Notes: generated by a model not told the origin, from the sequence alone. A stretch of 64,000 nucleotides of DNA from an uncultured candidate division Zixibacteria bacterium (GCA_963806185.1 CAWDXE010000003.1:96001-160000), one strand, 5' to 3'; shown: positions 1-9,505, counted from the stretch's first letter. Numbers and translations are program-made.

Positions 1-31
1 GGTGCAGGAACAAGCGCGACGTACTTCCGGG

Positions 32-361
32 TCACGAACGGAAATCTCCCGACGTATCGCCGGCCTCGAACCCGATGGATTTGGCGTTGGGTGTAGGAGC
101 ACCGTAGACCTTGATTTCGCCGAACTGAGCTTCGAACTTCTTGATGTTCTCCGCCAAGGCACTGTGCAGCAGTTTAGCGTGCATGGGGGTCATGATAATG
201 CGCGCCAGCACACGGGCCTTTGGCGTGCGCGGCATAACTCGTGAGAAGTCAATGATGACTTCGGTCGGCGAGTGCGTGATCATGGCCAGATTGGCATAGA
301 TGCCTTCGGCCTCACGCTCGCCCAACTCGATGTTTATCTGTTGCTGCCCCTGGGGCTCCAT
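32..361 (-). CDS. DUF3467 domain protein
   Basis: 109 aa; pattern INIELGEREAEGIYANLAMITHSPTEVIIDF...RIIMTPMHAK...YEAQFGEI-like, typical of DUF3467; AAGGA upstream. Confidence 0.8.
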   Translation of the reverse strand: MEPQGQQQINIELGEREAEGIYANLAMITHSPTEVIIDFSRVMPRTPKARVLARIIMTPMHAKLLHSALAENIKKFEAQFGEIKVYGAPTPNAKSIGFEAGDTSGDFRS

Positions 362-418
362 AGAGTCGTCCTTTTCGTTATCAACGCGGTGGTTTCTTTA
401 GCTTGTACCGGAGTCTTC

Positions 419-446
419 AGTTTACTATATTCCCAGCCCATGTCAA
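419..446 (-). promoter_or_regulatory. Putative sigma-70 promoter of the DUF3467 gene
   Basis: Minus strand TTGACA-N16-TAAACT. Confidence 0.5.
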
Positions 447-505
447 ACGAATTATCAGCCGACAGATCTCTGGCAAGCGCGAGTCGGGAAGCGAGATAGA
501 GCGGA

Positions 506-1531
506 ATGCCGATTACCCGCGAACGAATTGCGCAACTGACCGGCCGAATGGGTCACTCCCAAGTCCTCATACTCGGCGACGTGATGCTCGACGAGTACTT
601 GTTCGGGAGTGTCGAGCGCATATCTCCGGAGGCCCCTGTCCCAGTCGTGGAAATCAGTTCCACCCGCCTGCTGTTGGGAGGCGCGGCCAATGTAGCCGCC
701 AATACCCGGACGCTGGGTGACGAGCCGCTCCTCGTGGGAGTCGTTGGCACTGATGACGCGGCCGACCGACTAAGAAGGCTACTCGATGAACGGGGCATCG
801 GCTGCAGTTGCCTGGTCAGTGATCCGTCTCGCCAGACCACAATCAAGACGAGGATCATTGCGCACAATCAACAGGTGGTGCGAGCCGATCGGGAGAGCCG
901 CGAAGACCTGTCGACGGCGATGGAACAGGCCGTATACGATAGAATCGTCTCTGTCATCGACAAAATTTCGGCTCTCATCATTTCCGATTACGGCAAAGGA
1001 GTCATCACCGTGCGACTCCTCGAGCGGGTCATCGACCTCTGCCTGGCACGGGATATATTCGTCGCCGTTGATCCCAAGGAGACGCGGTTTCCCTACTACC
1101 GGAGAGTATCGCTCATTACTCCCAATCACCACGAGGCGAGTTTTGCCGCCGGGTTGAAGATCCGCAACGATGAAGATCTCTACGCCGTCGGTACGACATT
1201 GCTGGAGAAACTCCAGGCTCGCGCCATTCTGATTACGCGGGGTCCCGAGGGGATGTCACTATTCCGCGCCGGAGAATCGCCCGTACACATCCCCACTTTT
1301 GCCCGCAAAGTCTATGATGTTACCGGCGCGGGCGACACGGTCATAGCCGTGTTCGTCTCCGCGATCTGCGCGGGCGCCGACCTGGTCGAGGCGGCTATTC
1401 TGTCCAATGCCGGAGCCGGATTCACAGTCGGAGAGATCGGCACGGCCACCCCCACTATCGATCAGGTAAGAGAAGAATTGGAACACACGATCAAGAACGG
1501 CACCGTCATCAAGCGATCGGCACAATCGTAA
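506..1531 (+). CDS. rfaE1: D-glycero-beta-D-manno-heptose-7-phosphate kinase (HldE kinase half)
   Basis: GDVMLDEY, RISPEAPVPV, GGAANVA, SDYGKG, DVTGAGDT (PfkB/HldA motifs). Confidence 0.95.
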   Translation: MPITRERIAQLTGRMGHSQVLILGDVMLDEYLFGSVERISPEAPVPVVEISSTRLLLGGAANVAANTRTLGDEPLLVGVVGTDDAADRLRRLLDERGIGCSCLVSDPSRQTTIKTRIIAHNQQVVRADRESREDLSTAMEQAVYDRIVSVIDKISALIISDYGKGVITVRLLERVIDLCLARDIFVAVDPKETRFPYYRRVSLITPNHHEASFAAGLKIRNDEDLYAVGTTLLEKLQARAILITRGPEGMSLFRAGESPVHIPTFARKVYDVTGAGDTVIAVFVSAICAGADLVEAAILSNAGAGFTVGEIGTATPTIDQVREELEHTIKNGTVIKRSAQS

Positions 1532-1555
1532 ACGGCGCCCAGCGAGGTTTATACT

Positions 1556-2464
1556 ATGCGAACCATGTCAGTCAGTCTGGTCCTGATCACTTTTGCGACG
1601 GTCGCTCACTTATCGGCCTCACCCGATACCCTTCGTTTTCATCCGCCTGATTCGCTGGTGTTCAGTTCGGTGACCACGTCGACCAAGCAGATGAGCCTTA
1701 ACGGCAAATTTACGCAGGACAGTTCCTTCACCACCGCAAAGAACACGCTCAAGAAGACCGGGTACGGGTATCGACTGTCGTATCAACCGACCGAGGTCAG
1801 AGTTACGCGGGATGGCCAGGTCATCAGCAATCCGGTGGTGGCTCTGATGACGCGCATTGCATACACCTATATACTCGATTCGGCGGGTAACGCGACGACG
1901 GTGACCGGGTTCGAGAATATACATCACCTCATCGACTCGGCGCTGGATTCCACTCAGGCGACGACGCTGAAGCGCATGGTTACGCCTGAGGCGATGTCGG
2001 CGCAGACCATCGCAGAGTGGAACGGTCGCATCGAAATGTTGACAAACCGCCCGCTCGCCCTCAAAAAAGTGACCTACGACAAATCTGAATACATGCTGCC
2101 CACGCAGCAGAAGATTCCGATGTACGGTGGCACGATGATAACAGACACGCCGAAAGTCGGCGGCATCCCGTGCGTTCGCGTGCGCATCGTTTATGCCTCG
2201 TCGCCCGACACGCTGGCGAAATTGCTCGACCTGGTACGATCCGAAGTGGTTACGCATTACATGCTCACCGATTCGGTCCTCAAGAGTATTCCACAACAGC
2301 CGGCCCTGATCGTCTCGGACATCGTCCTGATCGCCGAACGCAAGAGCCTGTTGATTCGCGAGGAGCAGTCGCGCCGTGATGCCTCGATTACGGTCACCGG
2401 ACAGGGTCCGACGCCGCAGACAATGACCAGCCACGAAACACGCAACATGAAGATGACCTACTAG
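1556..2464 (+). CDS. Secreted hypothetical protein
   Basis: N-terminal signal peptide, GAGG SD, beta-rich 302-aa ORF tightly packed between rfaE1 and rfaE2. Confidence 0.7.
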   Translation: MRTMSVSLVLITFATVAHLSASPDTLRFHPPDSLVFSSVTTSTKQMSLNGKFTQDSSFTTAKNTLKKTGYGYRLSYQPTEVRVTRDGQVISNPVVALMTRIAYTYILDSAGNATTVTGFENIHHLIDSALDSTQATTLKRMVTPEAMSAQTIAEWNGRIEMLTNRPLALKKVTYDKSEYMLPTQQKIPMYGGTMITDTPKVGGIPCVRVRIVYASSPDTLAKLLDLVRSEVVTHYMLTDSVLKSIPQQPALIVSDIVLIAERKSLLIREEQSRRDASITVTGQGPTPQTMTSHETRNMKMTY

Positions 2465-2474
2465 ATCGACGCCC

Positions 2475-2942
2475 ATGAACCGCCTTCTGTCACGGACCAA
2501 AGTCATTGCCCTGGCTGAGCGCAGTCATCGGCAGGCGAAAAGTATCGTGTTCACCAATGGCGTGTTTGATATTCTTCATCGGGGCCACGTGGCCTACCTC
2601 ACCAAGGCGCGATCGTGCGGCGACATCCTGATTGTCGGGCTTAACACCGATTCGTCGGTGCGCCGTCTCAAGGGCCCGTCGCGCCCGGTCAACCCCCAGG
2701 TCGATCGGGCGGCCGTGCTGGTCGCCTTGCGGTGTGTCGATTACGTGGTATTCTTCGGGGAGGATACGCCCGATCGTCTGATCCGCGCCATTAAGCCGGA
2801 CGTCCTCGTCAAGGGGGCAGATTACCGGGAGTCTGAAATCGTGGGGGCGCAATTCGTACGTTCCTACGGCGGCAAGGTTCGACGGATCAAGTTGGTATCG
2901 GGACGGTCGACCAGCAGGATCATCAGTAAGATGGCGAAGTAA
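2475..2942 (+). CDS. rfaE2: D-glycero-beta-D-manno-heptose 1-phosphate adenylyltransferase
   Basis: FTNGVFDILHRGH, GLNTDSSVRRLKG, PDVLVKGADY, GRSTS. Confidence 0.95.
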   Translation: MNRLLSRTKVIALAERSHRQAKSIVFTNGVFDILHRGHVAYLTKARSCGDILIVGLNTDSSVRRLKGPSRPVNPQVDRAAVLVALRCVDYVVFFGEDTPDRLIRAIKPDVLVKGADYRESEIVGAQFVRSYGGKVRRIKLVSGRSTSRIISKMAK

Positions 2943-2963
2943 CCCGAACCACTGAGTTCATAC

Positions 2964-3001
2964 AAAACACGACGGCCGCCAGGTGATCCACCCGGCGGCC
3001 G
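2964..3001 (-). terminator. Intrinsic terminator downstream of valS
   Basis: CGGCCGCC...GGCGGCCG stem followed by GTGTTTTG on the minus strand, between convergent genes. Confidence 0.55.
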
Positions 3002-3029
3002 ATGCAGGTAAGTAACTTGAGTTGGGGGA

Positions 3030-5696
3030 CTACCACCCCATGATCTGTTCGAGATTCGTATTCAACTTCTGAATGCGCTCCTCGTAATCACGGCGTTTGG
3101 CCTTCTCCTTCGTGATAACGTCGTCCGGGGCATTGGCCAGGAAGTCCTGGTTGGCCAGCTTCTTCGAGATCTTTTCCAGCTGATCCTTCAGGTTGTTCAA
3201 CTCCTTCTGGAGCCGGTTGCGCTCGACATCAACGTCGATCAGGCCCGCCAGCGGAAGAAAGATCTCCGCACCGGAGATGACGGCCGAGGCCGACACCGGT
3301 GGTTTCTTGAGTTCTTTGCCGGTATACAGATTCTCCACTCGCACCAGTGACCGGAAGTATTCAATGTGATCCTGCAGCAGTTTCGCGAACGCATCGTCCT
3401 TCACGCGGACGTGCAAATCCGATTTCTTGCCGGGATGGACATTCAGCTCGGAACGCATTGAACGGACGGCAGTCACTACCTCCTGAATCTGGCGCAGGCG
3501 GTCTTCGAGAGAATCGTCCCGATGACGGTTGTCACTCGTGGGCCACGGACCGAACGTGATTGTGCTGGAGTCGTCGCCGGTCAACTGGTGGTAGATTTCC
3601 TCGGTGACAAAGGGCACAAACGGGTGAAGCAGGATGCAGATCTGATTCAGCACGTAGGTGGCGACATTCAGCGAGTTCGTGCGGATTAACTGTCCCGGCT
3701 GATCCGGCTTGATCAGTTCGATATACCATGAGCAATAGTCTTCCCAGACGAAGTTGTACAACGTCTTCGCCGCCGCCGACAGGCGGTACTCGGCCAGTGA
3801 CTGGTCGACACTTTCGATAGTTCGTTCCAGCCGCGACAGGATCCAACGATCGAAGATGACCAGATCGGTGTCATCGACTTTGTCGAGCACCGGCGGCCGA
3901 CCATCAAGCCGCATCATCACAAAGCGAGACACCTGATAGAGTTTGTTGACGAAATTTCGTCCGCCCTCAAACGTATTGCGGCTGATCCACGGATCCTGGC
4001 CGTCGGGCGTCGCCAACACCAGCGAAATACGCAGGGAGTCAGCCCCGTACTTTTCAATAATTTCCAGCGGATCAATGCCGTTGCCCAGCGATTTGGACAT
4101 CTTAACGCCATTGGCGTCGCGAACCGTGCCGTGAATACAGACGTCGGAGAAAGGTTCTTTCCCCATGAATTCATGCCCGGCCATCACCATGCGGGCCACC
4201 CAGAGAAAGATGATTTCTGAGGCGGTCGCGAGTGCTTTGGTCGGATAGAATTTTGCAAGCTCCGGCGTTTTTTCGGGCCAGCCAAAGGTGGAAAACGGCC
4301 AGAGCCAGGATGAGAACCAGGTGTCCAGCACGTCTTCATCCTGAACCAGCTTCGCTGGGTCGTAGCCGGGACAGTCGCCTGTGGCGGGGCGATCCACGGA
4401 GACGAACATTGTGCCATCCTCGGCGTACCAGACCGGTATGCGATGTCCCCACCACAATTGGCGGGAGATGCACCAGTCCCGGATATTCTCCATCCAATGC
4501 AAGTAGGTTTTGGACCAGTAGCTGGGATGGAAGCGCAGCTTGCCCGTATTGATCGCGTCAATCGCCGGACCCGCCAGCTCGCGCATCTTCACGAACCACT
4601 GATCCGACAGATACGGCTCAACCGTCGTGTGACAGCGATAGCAGGTCCCGACCGAATGCGTATACTTCTCGGTCTTATCAAGCAGGTTCTTCTTGGTCAG
4701 TTCGTCCACCAGCCGCTTGCGGGCCTCGACTCGATCAAGGCCCTTGAACTTGCCGGCATTCTCGTTAAGGGTGCCGTCAATATTGAGGATATTGATTTCC
4801 GGCAAATCATGCCGACGGCCGATTTCGAAATCGTTCGGATCATGGGCCGGAGTGACCTTCACCACGCCGGTGCCGAATTCGGGATCTACGTAGCTGTCGG
4901 CTACGATCGGGATCTCGCGCTCAACAATCGGGAGGATGACGGTCTTGCCGACGAATTTCTTGTAACGGGTATCCTTCGGCGAAACTGCAAGGGCGGTATC
5001 GCCAAGCATCGTCTCCGGGCGCGTTGTGGCCACCGTAAGATACTGATCTGAGCCTTTTAGCTTGTACCTAATGTACCAAAGTTGGCTGTCGAATTCCTGA
5101 TACTCGACTTCGTCATCGGACAACGATGTCTTGCAGGACGGGCACCAGTTCACAATCCGATGACCTCGGTAAATCAGCCCTTTGTCGAACAGGTGCTTGA
5201 ACACGGTCGCGACGGCACGCGACATCTCGGGATCAAGGGTAAAGCGCGTGCGTTCCCAATCGCAACTGCAGCCCACCCGCTTTAGCTGGCCGAAAATGGT
5301 GTCCTTGTTCTGGTTTGCCCAGGCCCAGGTCCGTTCGACAAACGCCTCGCGCCCGATTTCGCGACGGGTGGTTCCTTCTTTGATAAGGTTCTTTTCAACA
5401 ATCACCTGAGTGGCGATGCCGGCATGATCGGACCCGGGCATCCATTCCACCTCGTACCCGGACATTCTCGCCTTACGAATCAGGATATCCTGAATCGTGT
5501 TGTTAAGGGCGTGGCCGAGATGCAAGATGGCGGTCACATTAGGCGGCGGAATGACAATGGAGTAGGGCCGCTTTGACGAGTCCGGTGCGCCATGAAAGTA
5601 ACCGGCAGTGAGCCATTGCTGGTAAAGCCGTTCTTCGACAGTCGCAGGGTCGTATGCGGACGATTTCTTGGCCGCTTGTTCGTTCGTGTTGCTCAT
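3030..5696 (-). CDS. valS: Valine--tRNA ligase
   Basis: PPPNVT, HLGH, DHAGIATQ, DWCISRQLWWGH, KMSKS and C-terminal coiled coil. Confidence 0.98.
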   Translation of the reverse strand: MSNTNEQAAKKSSAYDPATVEERLYQQWLTAGYFHGAPDSSKRPYSIVIPPPNVTAILHLGHALNNTIQDILIRKARMSGYEVEWMPGSDHAGIATQVIVEKNLIKEGTTRREIGREAFVERTWAWANQNKDTIFGQLKRVGCSCDWERTRFTLDPEMSRAVATVFKHLFDKGLIYRGHRIVNWCPSCKTSLSDDEVEYQEFDSQLWYIRYKLKGSDQYLTVATTRPETMLGDTALAVSPKDTRYKKFVGKTVILPIVEREIPIVADSYVDPEFGTGVVKVTPAHDPNDFEIGRRHDLPEINILNIDGTLNENAGKFKGLDRVEARKRLVDELTKKNLLDKTEKYTHSVGTCYRCHTTVEPYLSDQWFVKMRELAGPAIDAINTGKLRFHPSYWSKTYLHWMENIRDWCISRQLWWGHRIPVWYAEDGTMFVSVDRPATGDCPGYDPAKLVQDEDVLDTWFSSWLWPFSTFGWPEKTPELAKFYPTKALATASEIIFLWVARMVMAGHEFMGKEPFSDVCIHGTVRDANGVKMSKSLGNGIDPLEIIEKYGADSLRISLVLATPDGQDPWISRNTFEGGRNFVNKLYQVSRFVMMRLDGRPPVLDKVDDTDLVIFDRWILSRLERTIESVDQSLAEYRLSAAAKTLYNFVWEDYCSWYIELIKPDQPGQLIRTNSLNVATYVLNQICILLHPFVPFVTEEIYHQLTGDDSSTITFGPWPTSDNRHRDDSLEDRLRQIQEVVTAVRSMRSELNVHPGKKSDLHVRVKDDAFAKLLQDHIEYFRSLVRVENLYTGKELKKPPVSASAVISGAEIFLPLAGLIDVDVERNRLQKELNNLKDQLEKISKKLANQDFLANAPDDVITKEKAKRRDYEERIQKLNTNLEQIMGW

Positions 5697-5767
5697 AACT
5701 CCAATTAACCGTATACTGCCGCCGACGGTTTAGGAAACCTGACGGCGAACGCCATGTAAAACCCACA

Positions 5768-5796
5768 ATCTTAGTCGTACCCGTCGCCAATGTCAA
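5768..5796 (-). promoter_or_regulatory. Sigma-70 promoter of valS
   Basis: Minus strand TTGACA-N17-TAAGAT. Confidence 0.65.
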
Positions 5797-5857
5797 GGGC
5801 CGGAGGCCCAAAAGGACGGGTAAGTTGTTGCTTTGTTTATAGGTAGATCGGTAATCA

Positions 5858-6670
5858 ATGTCAGAACTAAAGGCCCGTGTACTCGATGAAAAACTAACCC
5901 CGTTCGAGCGGTTGGTGGTCTTGCTGGAAATCTTGCGATCGCCTGAAGGATGTGCCTGGGACAGGAAACAGACCCATCAAAGTCTCCTTCCTTATCTGAT
6001 CGAAGAGACTTTCGAAGTCGTGGAGACAATCGAGGAGAATCGCACAGACGAACTGGCGGAAGAATTGGGTGATGTCCTCTGTCAGGTGGTTTTCCACGCA
6101 CAATTGGCCAAGGAACGGGGGGACTTCACCGTAGATGACGCTTGCACCAAGATTGTGGATAAACTGCTGCGGCGGCATCCGCATGTCTTTGGTGAAAAGC
6201 AGGAGCTTGATCCCAACCAAGTGCGTGAGCAGTGGGAGAAGAACAAGACCCGATCGGGTGAAAAGAAATCAGTGCTGTCCGGATTGCCAAAATCCATGCC
6301 GGCACTCGCCATGGCGTTTCGGATGGGCGAAAAAGCAGGAGGAGTAGGCTTTGACTGGCATGATTCGAAGGATGTGCTGGCCAAGATCAAAGAGGAACTG
6401 GGCGAGGTCGAGGACGAGATCAATCGAGTGGCACCCGACCGGGAAAAGATTTCCGGGGAGATTGGCGACCTGCTTTTTGCCGTGGCGTCGTTCGCACGCA
6501 AGCTGAATATTGACCCTGAGTCGTCGCTCCGGCGGGCCTTGGAGAAGTTTCGCGATCGCTTTGATGCGATGGAAGCTCAAGTCACACAACAGGGAAAACA
6601 CCTTGATCAGTACACTCTTGACGAACTGGAAGCCATCTGGCAGGAGATCAAGCGCAACCAGGCACCGTAA
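5858..6670 (+). CDS. mazG: Nucleoside triphosphate pyrophosphohydrolase
   Basis: LRSPEGCAWDRKQT, EELGD, KLLRRHPHVFG, GFDW, EIGDLLF tandem MazG domains. Confidence 0.95.
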   Translation: MSELKARVLDEKLTPFERLVVLLEILRSPEGCAWDRKQTHQSLLPYLIEETFEVVETIEENRTDELAEELGDVLCQVVFHAQLAKERGDFTVDDACTKIVDKLLRRHPHVFGEKQELDPNQVREQWEKNKTRSGEKKSVLSGLPKSMPALAMAFRMGEKAGGVGFDWHDSKDVLAKIKEELGEVEDEINRVAPDREKISGEIGDLLFAVASFARKLNIDPESSLRRALEKFRDRFDAMEAQVTQQGKHLDQYTLDELEAIWQEIKRNQAP

Positions 6671-6695
6671 ACTCCGTATTCACAGGCAGGCCAGA

Positions 6696-7072
6696 TTGAC
6701 TTTGCGGACCGAGTAAGGCATTTTCTTGCATCGTGTTAAACACGTTGTCAAGTGATATATGTAGGGCGAACAATTTTGTTAATTTTTTTCTTGCGGCATT
6801 TTCCATCGGCAGGTTTATTCTGCCCGAAGTTAGTTGGAGAAGTGCATTACACTGAAAATAGATTGTATCGCCATCATCAGGGAAGAAATCCAGGGCAGAA
6901 CCGATGCTCTGCTCTAAGGAGGGATGCTTATGGTGTGAGGGCGGTGTGACCGCCAACGCAACAGGGAGAGAGAAAAGCCTCACGGCACGGACATACAACA
7001 ACAGGTAGCCGTGTGCATGCGAACTGAAAGACAACTACCAGGTTTAACAACCTTAGCATAGGATCACAACGT
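6696..7072 (+). promoter_or_regulatory. Long structured 5' leader/regulatory region with a minimal uORF
   Basis: TTGACT-N17-CATTTT, palindrome CGTGTTAAACACG, several hairpins, TAAGGAGG-N7-ATG GTG TGA. Confidence 0.45.
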
Positions 7073-8347
7073 ATGAAGAAACTCTTAATGATTGCGCTGG
7101 GGATCGTCCTGGCCATGAGCGTCGCCGCATTCGCGACCGACACACGAGTCCTCACTATGGGTGAGAACTACAATGTGCTTCTGGACGAATCCAACGTCTG
7201 GATGTACACTGGCCGCGTGTTCAACTATCCGAACCTGGCCACCGGTGAATTCTATCAGGACTACTACTATGATGACCCGTATGGCGACGGGTATCGCTAC
7301 GATTTCGGCCAATTTGGTATCAACTGGAAGTTCGGCGAAGCGAAGCCGTGGGTGCTGGGCACCTATTTCACTAATGGCAGCCCGGTTCTTCCGGGTTCCT
7401 ATTCTGGCGCTGGCCCGAATTATGTAGAATGGGACAGCGAGGGAGCACTTCCGGACAATCGTCGTATCAGCCTCCTGTACGGCCGCCAGTTCGGAACGTA
7501 CAACTTCGGTTTTGGTTTCGACTACACGTACAGCAGCTGGTCGGATGAAGCTTCGACCGACGCCACACTGGACTACAAGTATGACGAGAACTTCCGTTAC
7601 ATGATGTTCTCGCTCGGTCTGACCCCGGCCGCCGGCAATTGGGATCTGGCTGCGCACTTCGGTACCGGTACCTGGAAAGACGAAACCAGCTGGCATGACG
7701 ACGAAGCCGGTGCTGACTCTTTAAGGGTGGAAACCGAGCCGGATGGCTACATGGACTTTGCTTTGATGGGCCGCTATTTCAAGCAGCTTAACCCGACCGT
7801 CACGCTGGTCCCGCATGCGACCTTCGCGTTCGGCAAGCACGGTACCAAGAATCTGGCCGGCGAGAAGTACTCCAGTAAGATGACCATGATTGATTTCGGC
7901 GCCGGCATCAATTACACGCCGACGACCAACGTTCTGGCCGTGCTCGACCTGGGCTTCCAGATCAACACGGTAAAGGACGAGTTTACGCCGGGTCCGGATG
8001 GCGAAGTGACAGACGCGTATGAATACAAGTGGACCTACAACCACATGCCGTACTGGAAAATCGGTATGGAAGGCGAAGTCTGCAACTGGATGGACATCCG
8101 GTTGGGCGCCACTTCGTGGTGGGAAGGTTACAAGTCCGAGTACACTACGACCGGTTACGTCCGGACCTTCAAGGACAACGGCTCGTGGAACTACACGTAC
8201 CTTGGTGTCGGTCTAAACTTCGGCAAGTTCCATCTCGACACTTACACGGATCCGCAGATCATTCTCGACGGATTCAACTTCATGTCCGGCAGCGACGATG
8301 CGTGGGATCTGAACTTCCGCGTAAGCGCCCTGTACGAACTGATGTAA
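7073..8347 (+). CDS. Outer-membrane beta-barrel protein (probable major porin)
   Basis: Signal peptide ending AFA, alternating aromatic/Gly beta-strands, visibly biased codon usage (TTC, AAC, TAC, GGT/GGC), own strong terminator. Confidence 0.75.
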   Translation: MKKLLMIALGIVLAMSVAAFATDTRVLTMGENYNVLLDESNVWMYTGRVFNYPNLATGEFYQDYYYDDPYGDGYRYDFGQFGINWKFGEAKPWVLGTYFTNGSPVLPGSYSGAGPNYVEWDSEGALPDNRRISLLYGRQFGTYNFGFGFDYTYSSWSDEASTDATLDYKYDENFRYMMFSLGLTPAAGNWDLAAHFGTGTWKDETSWHDDEAGADSLRVETEPDGYMDFALMGRYFKQLNPTVTLVPHATFAFGKHGTKNLAGEKYSSKMTMIDFGAGINYTPTTNVLAVLDLGFQINTVKDEFTPGPDGEVTDAYEYKWTYNHMPYWKIGMEGEVCNWMDIRLGATSWWEGYKSEYTTTGYVRTFKDNGSWNYTYLGVGLNFGKFHLDTYTDPQIILDGFNFMSGSDDAWDLNFRVSALYELM

Positions 8348-8367
8348 TCTCAGATTGCTGACGAATC

Positions 8368-8400
8368 AACCCGGCCTCGCACGAGGCCGGGTTTTTTATT
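8368..8400 (+). terminator. Rho-independent terminator
   Basis: AACCCGGCCTCG/CGAGGCCGGGTT stem followed by TTTTATT. Confidence 0.9.
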
Positions 8401-8432
8401 ATGACATAGGTTCTTTCTCGGCCTCGGCGGCG

Positions 8433-8461
8433 TTGTCTTTCGCGGGATTATCTCCTATACT
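8433..8461 (+). promoter_or_regulatory. Sigma-70 promoter immediately before an ATG (leaderless-type)
   Basis: TTGTCT-N17-TATACT, then 8 nt to ATG 8470, with no SD. Confidence 0.5.
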
Positions 8462-8469
8462 CTCCCCCT

Positions 8470-8766
8470 ATGAATCCGCAATCGCTCAAGAGTTATCACG
8501 ATATCAGGAAACTCGTCTCCCCCGGGGCGTTTCGTTGTGCGACCAATTACATGGCCTGGCATAATCGACTGGCCATGACCGAAATGCTGGAGGTATGGGA
8601 GGGATTGGTAGTCGCACTCGCCTGCGAGCAGAAGCCCATTGACGAACTGCAGTATTCGTCAACCAAGTCGTTTCTCGATCAGAGTCGCAGCGATTCCCCC
8701 ACGACCATGCTCGAGTGCCAGATGCGCGCCGAGCTCTTGGCGCGGCACTTATCGACGGGCACATGA
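8470..8766 (+). CDS. Hypothetical protein (98 aa)
   Basis: Fills the gap between two terminators, with a promoter directly upstream. Confidence 0.55.
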   Translation: MNPQSLKSYHDIRKLVSPGAFRCATNYMAWHNRLAMTEMLEVWEGLVVALACEQKPIDELQYSSTKSFLDQSRSDSPTTMLECQMRAELLARHLSTGT

Positions 8767-8775
8767 CGACATACC

Positions 8776-8802
8776 AAAAAAGGCCGTCCAGGCGGACGGC
8801 CT
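8776..8802 (-). terminator. Rho-independent terminator of the GGDEF-like gene
   Basis: AGGCCGTCC/GGACGGCCT stem with an A6 tract on the plus strand (U-tract on minus). Confidence 0.8.
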
Positions 8803-8826
8803 CAAAACTCTTCCCGGACAGTTGAA

Positions 8827-9273
8827 TCAGTTGAGGTTACGGGCAGCCAATTCCATGAGGAATTCGCCAATGGTCCTGGTGCCGGCGGCGTCTGGATATG
8901 AGACCATTTCGAGCGGGATCAAGTCAACAGCCGGACTGCCAGTTTCCAGCTCAATTTGCTTGCGGATAAGCTCTGCGATTCGTCGACCGGCCACCTCCGC
9001 TCCCTGACGAGAGGTTTCGGGAAAGAGCAGACCGACCGTGCCTTCCTCCAGGTTCGCCACAAAATCACAGGCCCGGGTATGGGTACGGACGAGTTCAACG
9101 AAGCGGCGGACGGCAGCAGTATACCCCCCGTTATACTTCGTCTGCAAGCCGCGCAAATCCAGTACAACGATGGATACAAAAACGCGATAGCGCTCAGCCC
9201 GCTTAAGTTCGATTCCAGCTCGGGCGACAAACGAGGTGTCTATGACAGTCCCCTGCGATCCCGTGTGTGCCAT
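8827..9273 (-). CDS. Degenerate (catalytically inactive) GGDEF-domain protein
   Basis: ELKRAERYR..SIVVLDL, RACDFVANLEEGTVGLLFPET..GAEVAGRRI, VSYPD; EEGTV occupies the GGDEF position. Confidence 0.75.
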   Translation of the reverse strand: MAHTGSQGTVIDTSFVARAGIELKRAERYRVFVSIVVLDLRGLQTKYNGGYTAAVRRFVELVRTHTRACDFVANLEEGTVGLLFPETSRQGAEVAGRRIAELIRKQIELETGSPAVDLIPLEMVSYPDAAGTRTIGEFLMELAARNLN

Positions 9274-9329
9274 GCAACGTCAACCTTTCTGACCAATCCC
9301 TGGTCCCCGGATACTCTGTTGTCACTAGA

Positions 9330-9345
9330 AGCAATTCACGTTCCG
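9330..9345 (-). promoter_or_regulatory. Sigma-54 (-24/-12) promoter
   Basis: Minus strand CGGAACGTGAATTGCT = GG-N10-GC with TTGCT -12 box, about 57 nt upstream of ATG 9273. Confidence 0.65.
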
Positions 9346-9505
9346 GTTTAGCGCCAAGTTATTGTCCCGGAATAGTTTTCCTCAATTCCCGCGATTGTCT
9401 AACCAAATTTGAAGTTTAAAGCCATGTTATCAACATTAAAATGCTGGTGAGGCTCTCGTATGATTGATACGAAGATAATCGTGGAACGAACCAGTCGCAT
9501 ACGTC

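Noticed and set aside
1619..2506. Long antisense ORFs (also 10134-10991, 13267-14037, 26582-27412, 31836-32750, 41580-42380, 55587-56363)
   Set aside because: Shadows of well-supported genes on the opposite strand in GC-rich DNA, with no recognisable motifs
5697..5767. T-box leader before valS
   Set aside because: The promoter leaves only about 65 nt of leader, and there is no T-box consensus
6716..6730. Sigma-54-like AGGCATTTTCTTGCA before the OMP leader
   Set aside because: GG-to-GC spacing is 9 nt, not the required 10
6800..7072. Known riboswitch (cobalamin, TPP, c-di-GMP) in the OMP leader
   Set aside because: I could not find the conserved cores of these families by eye; kept only as an unknown structured leader
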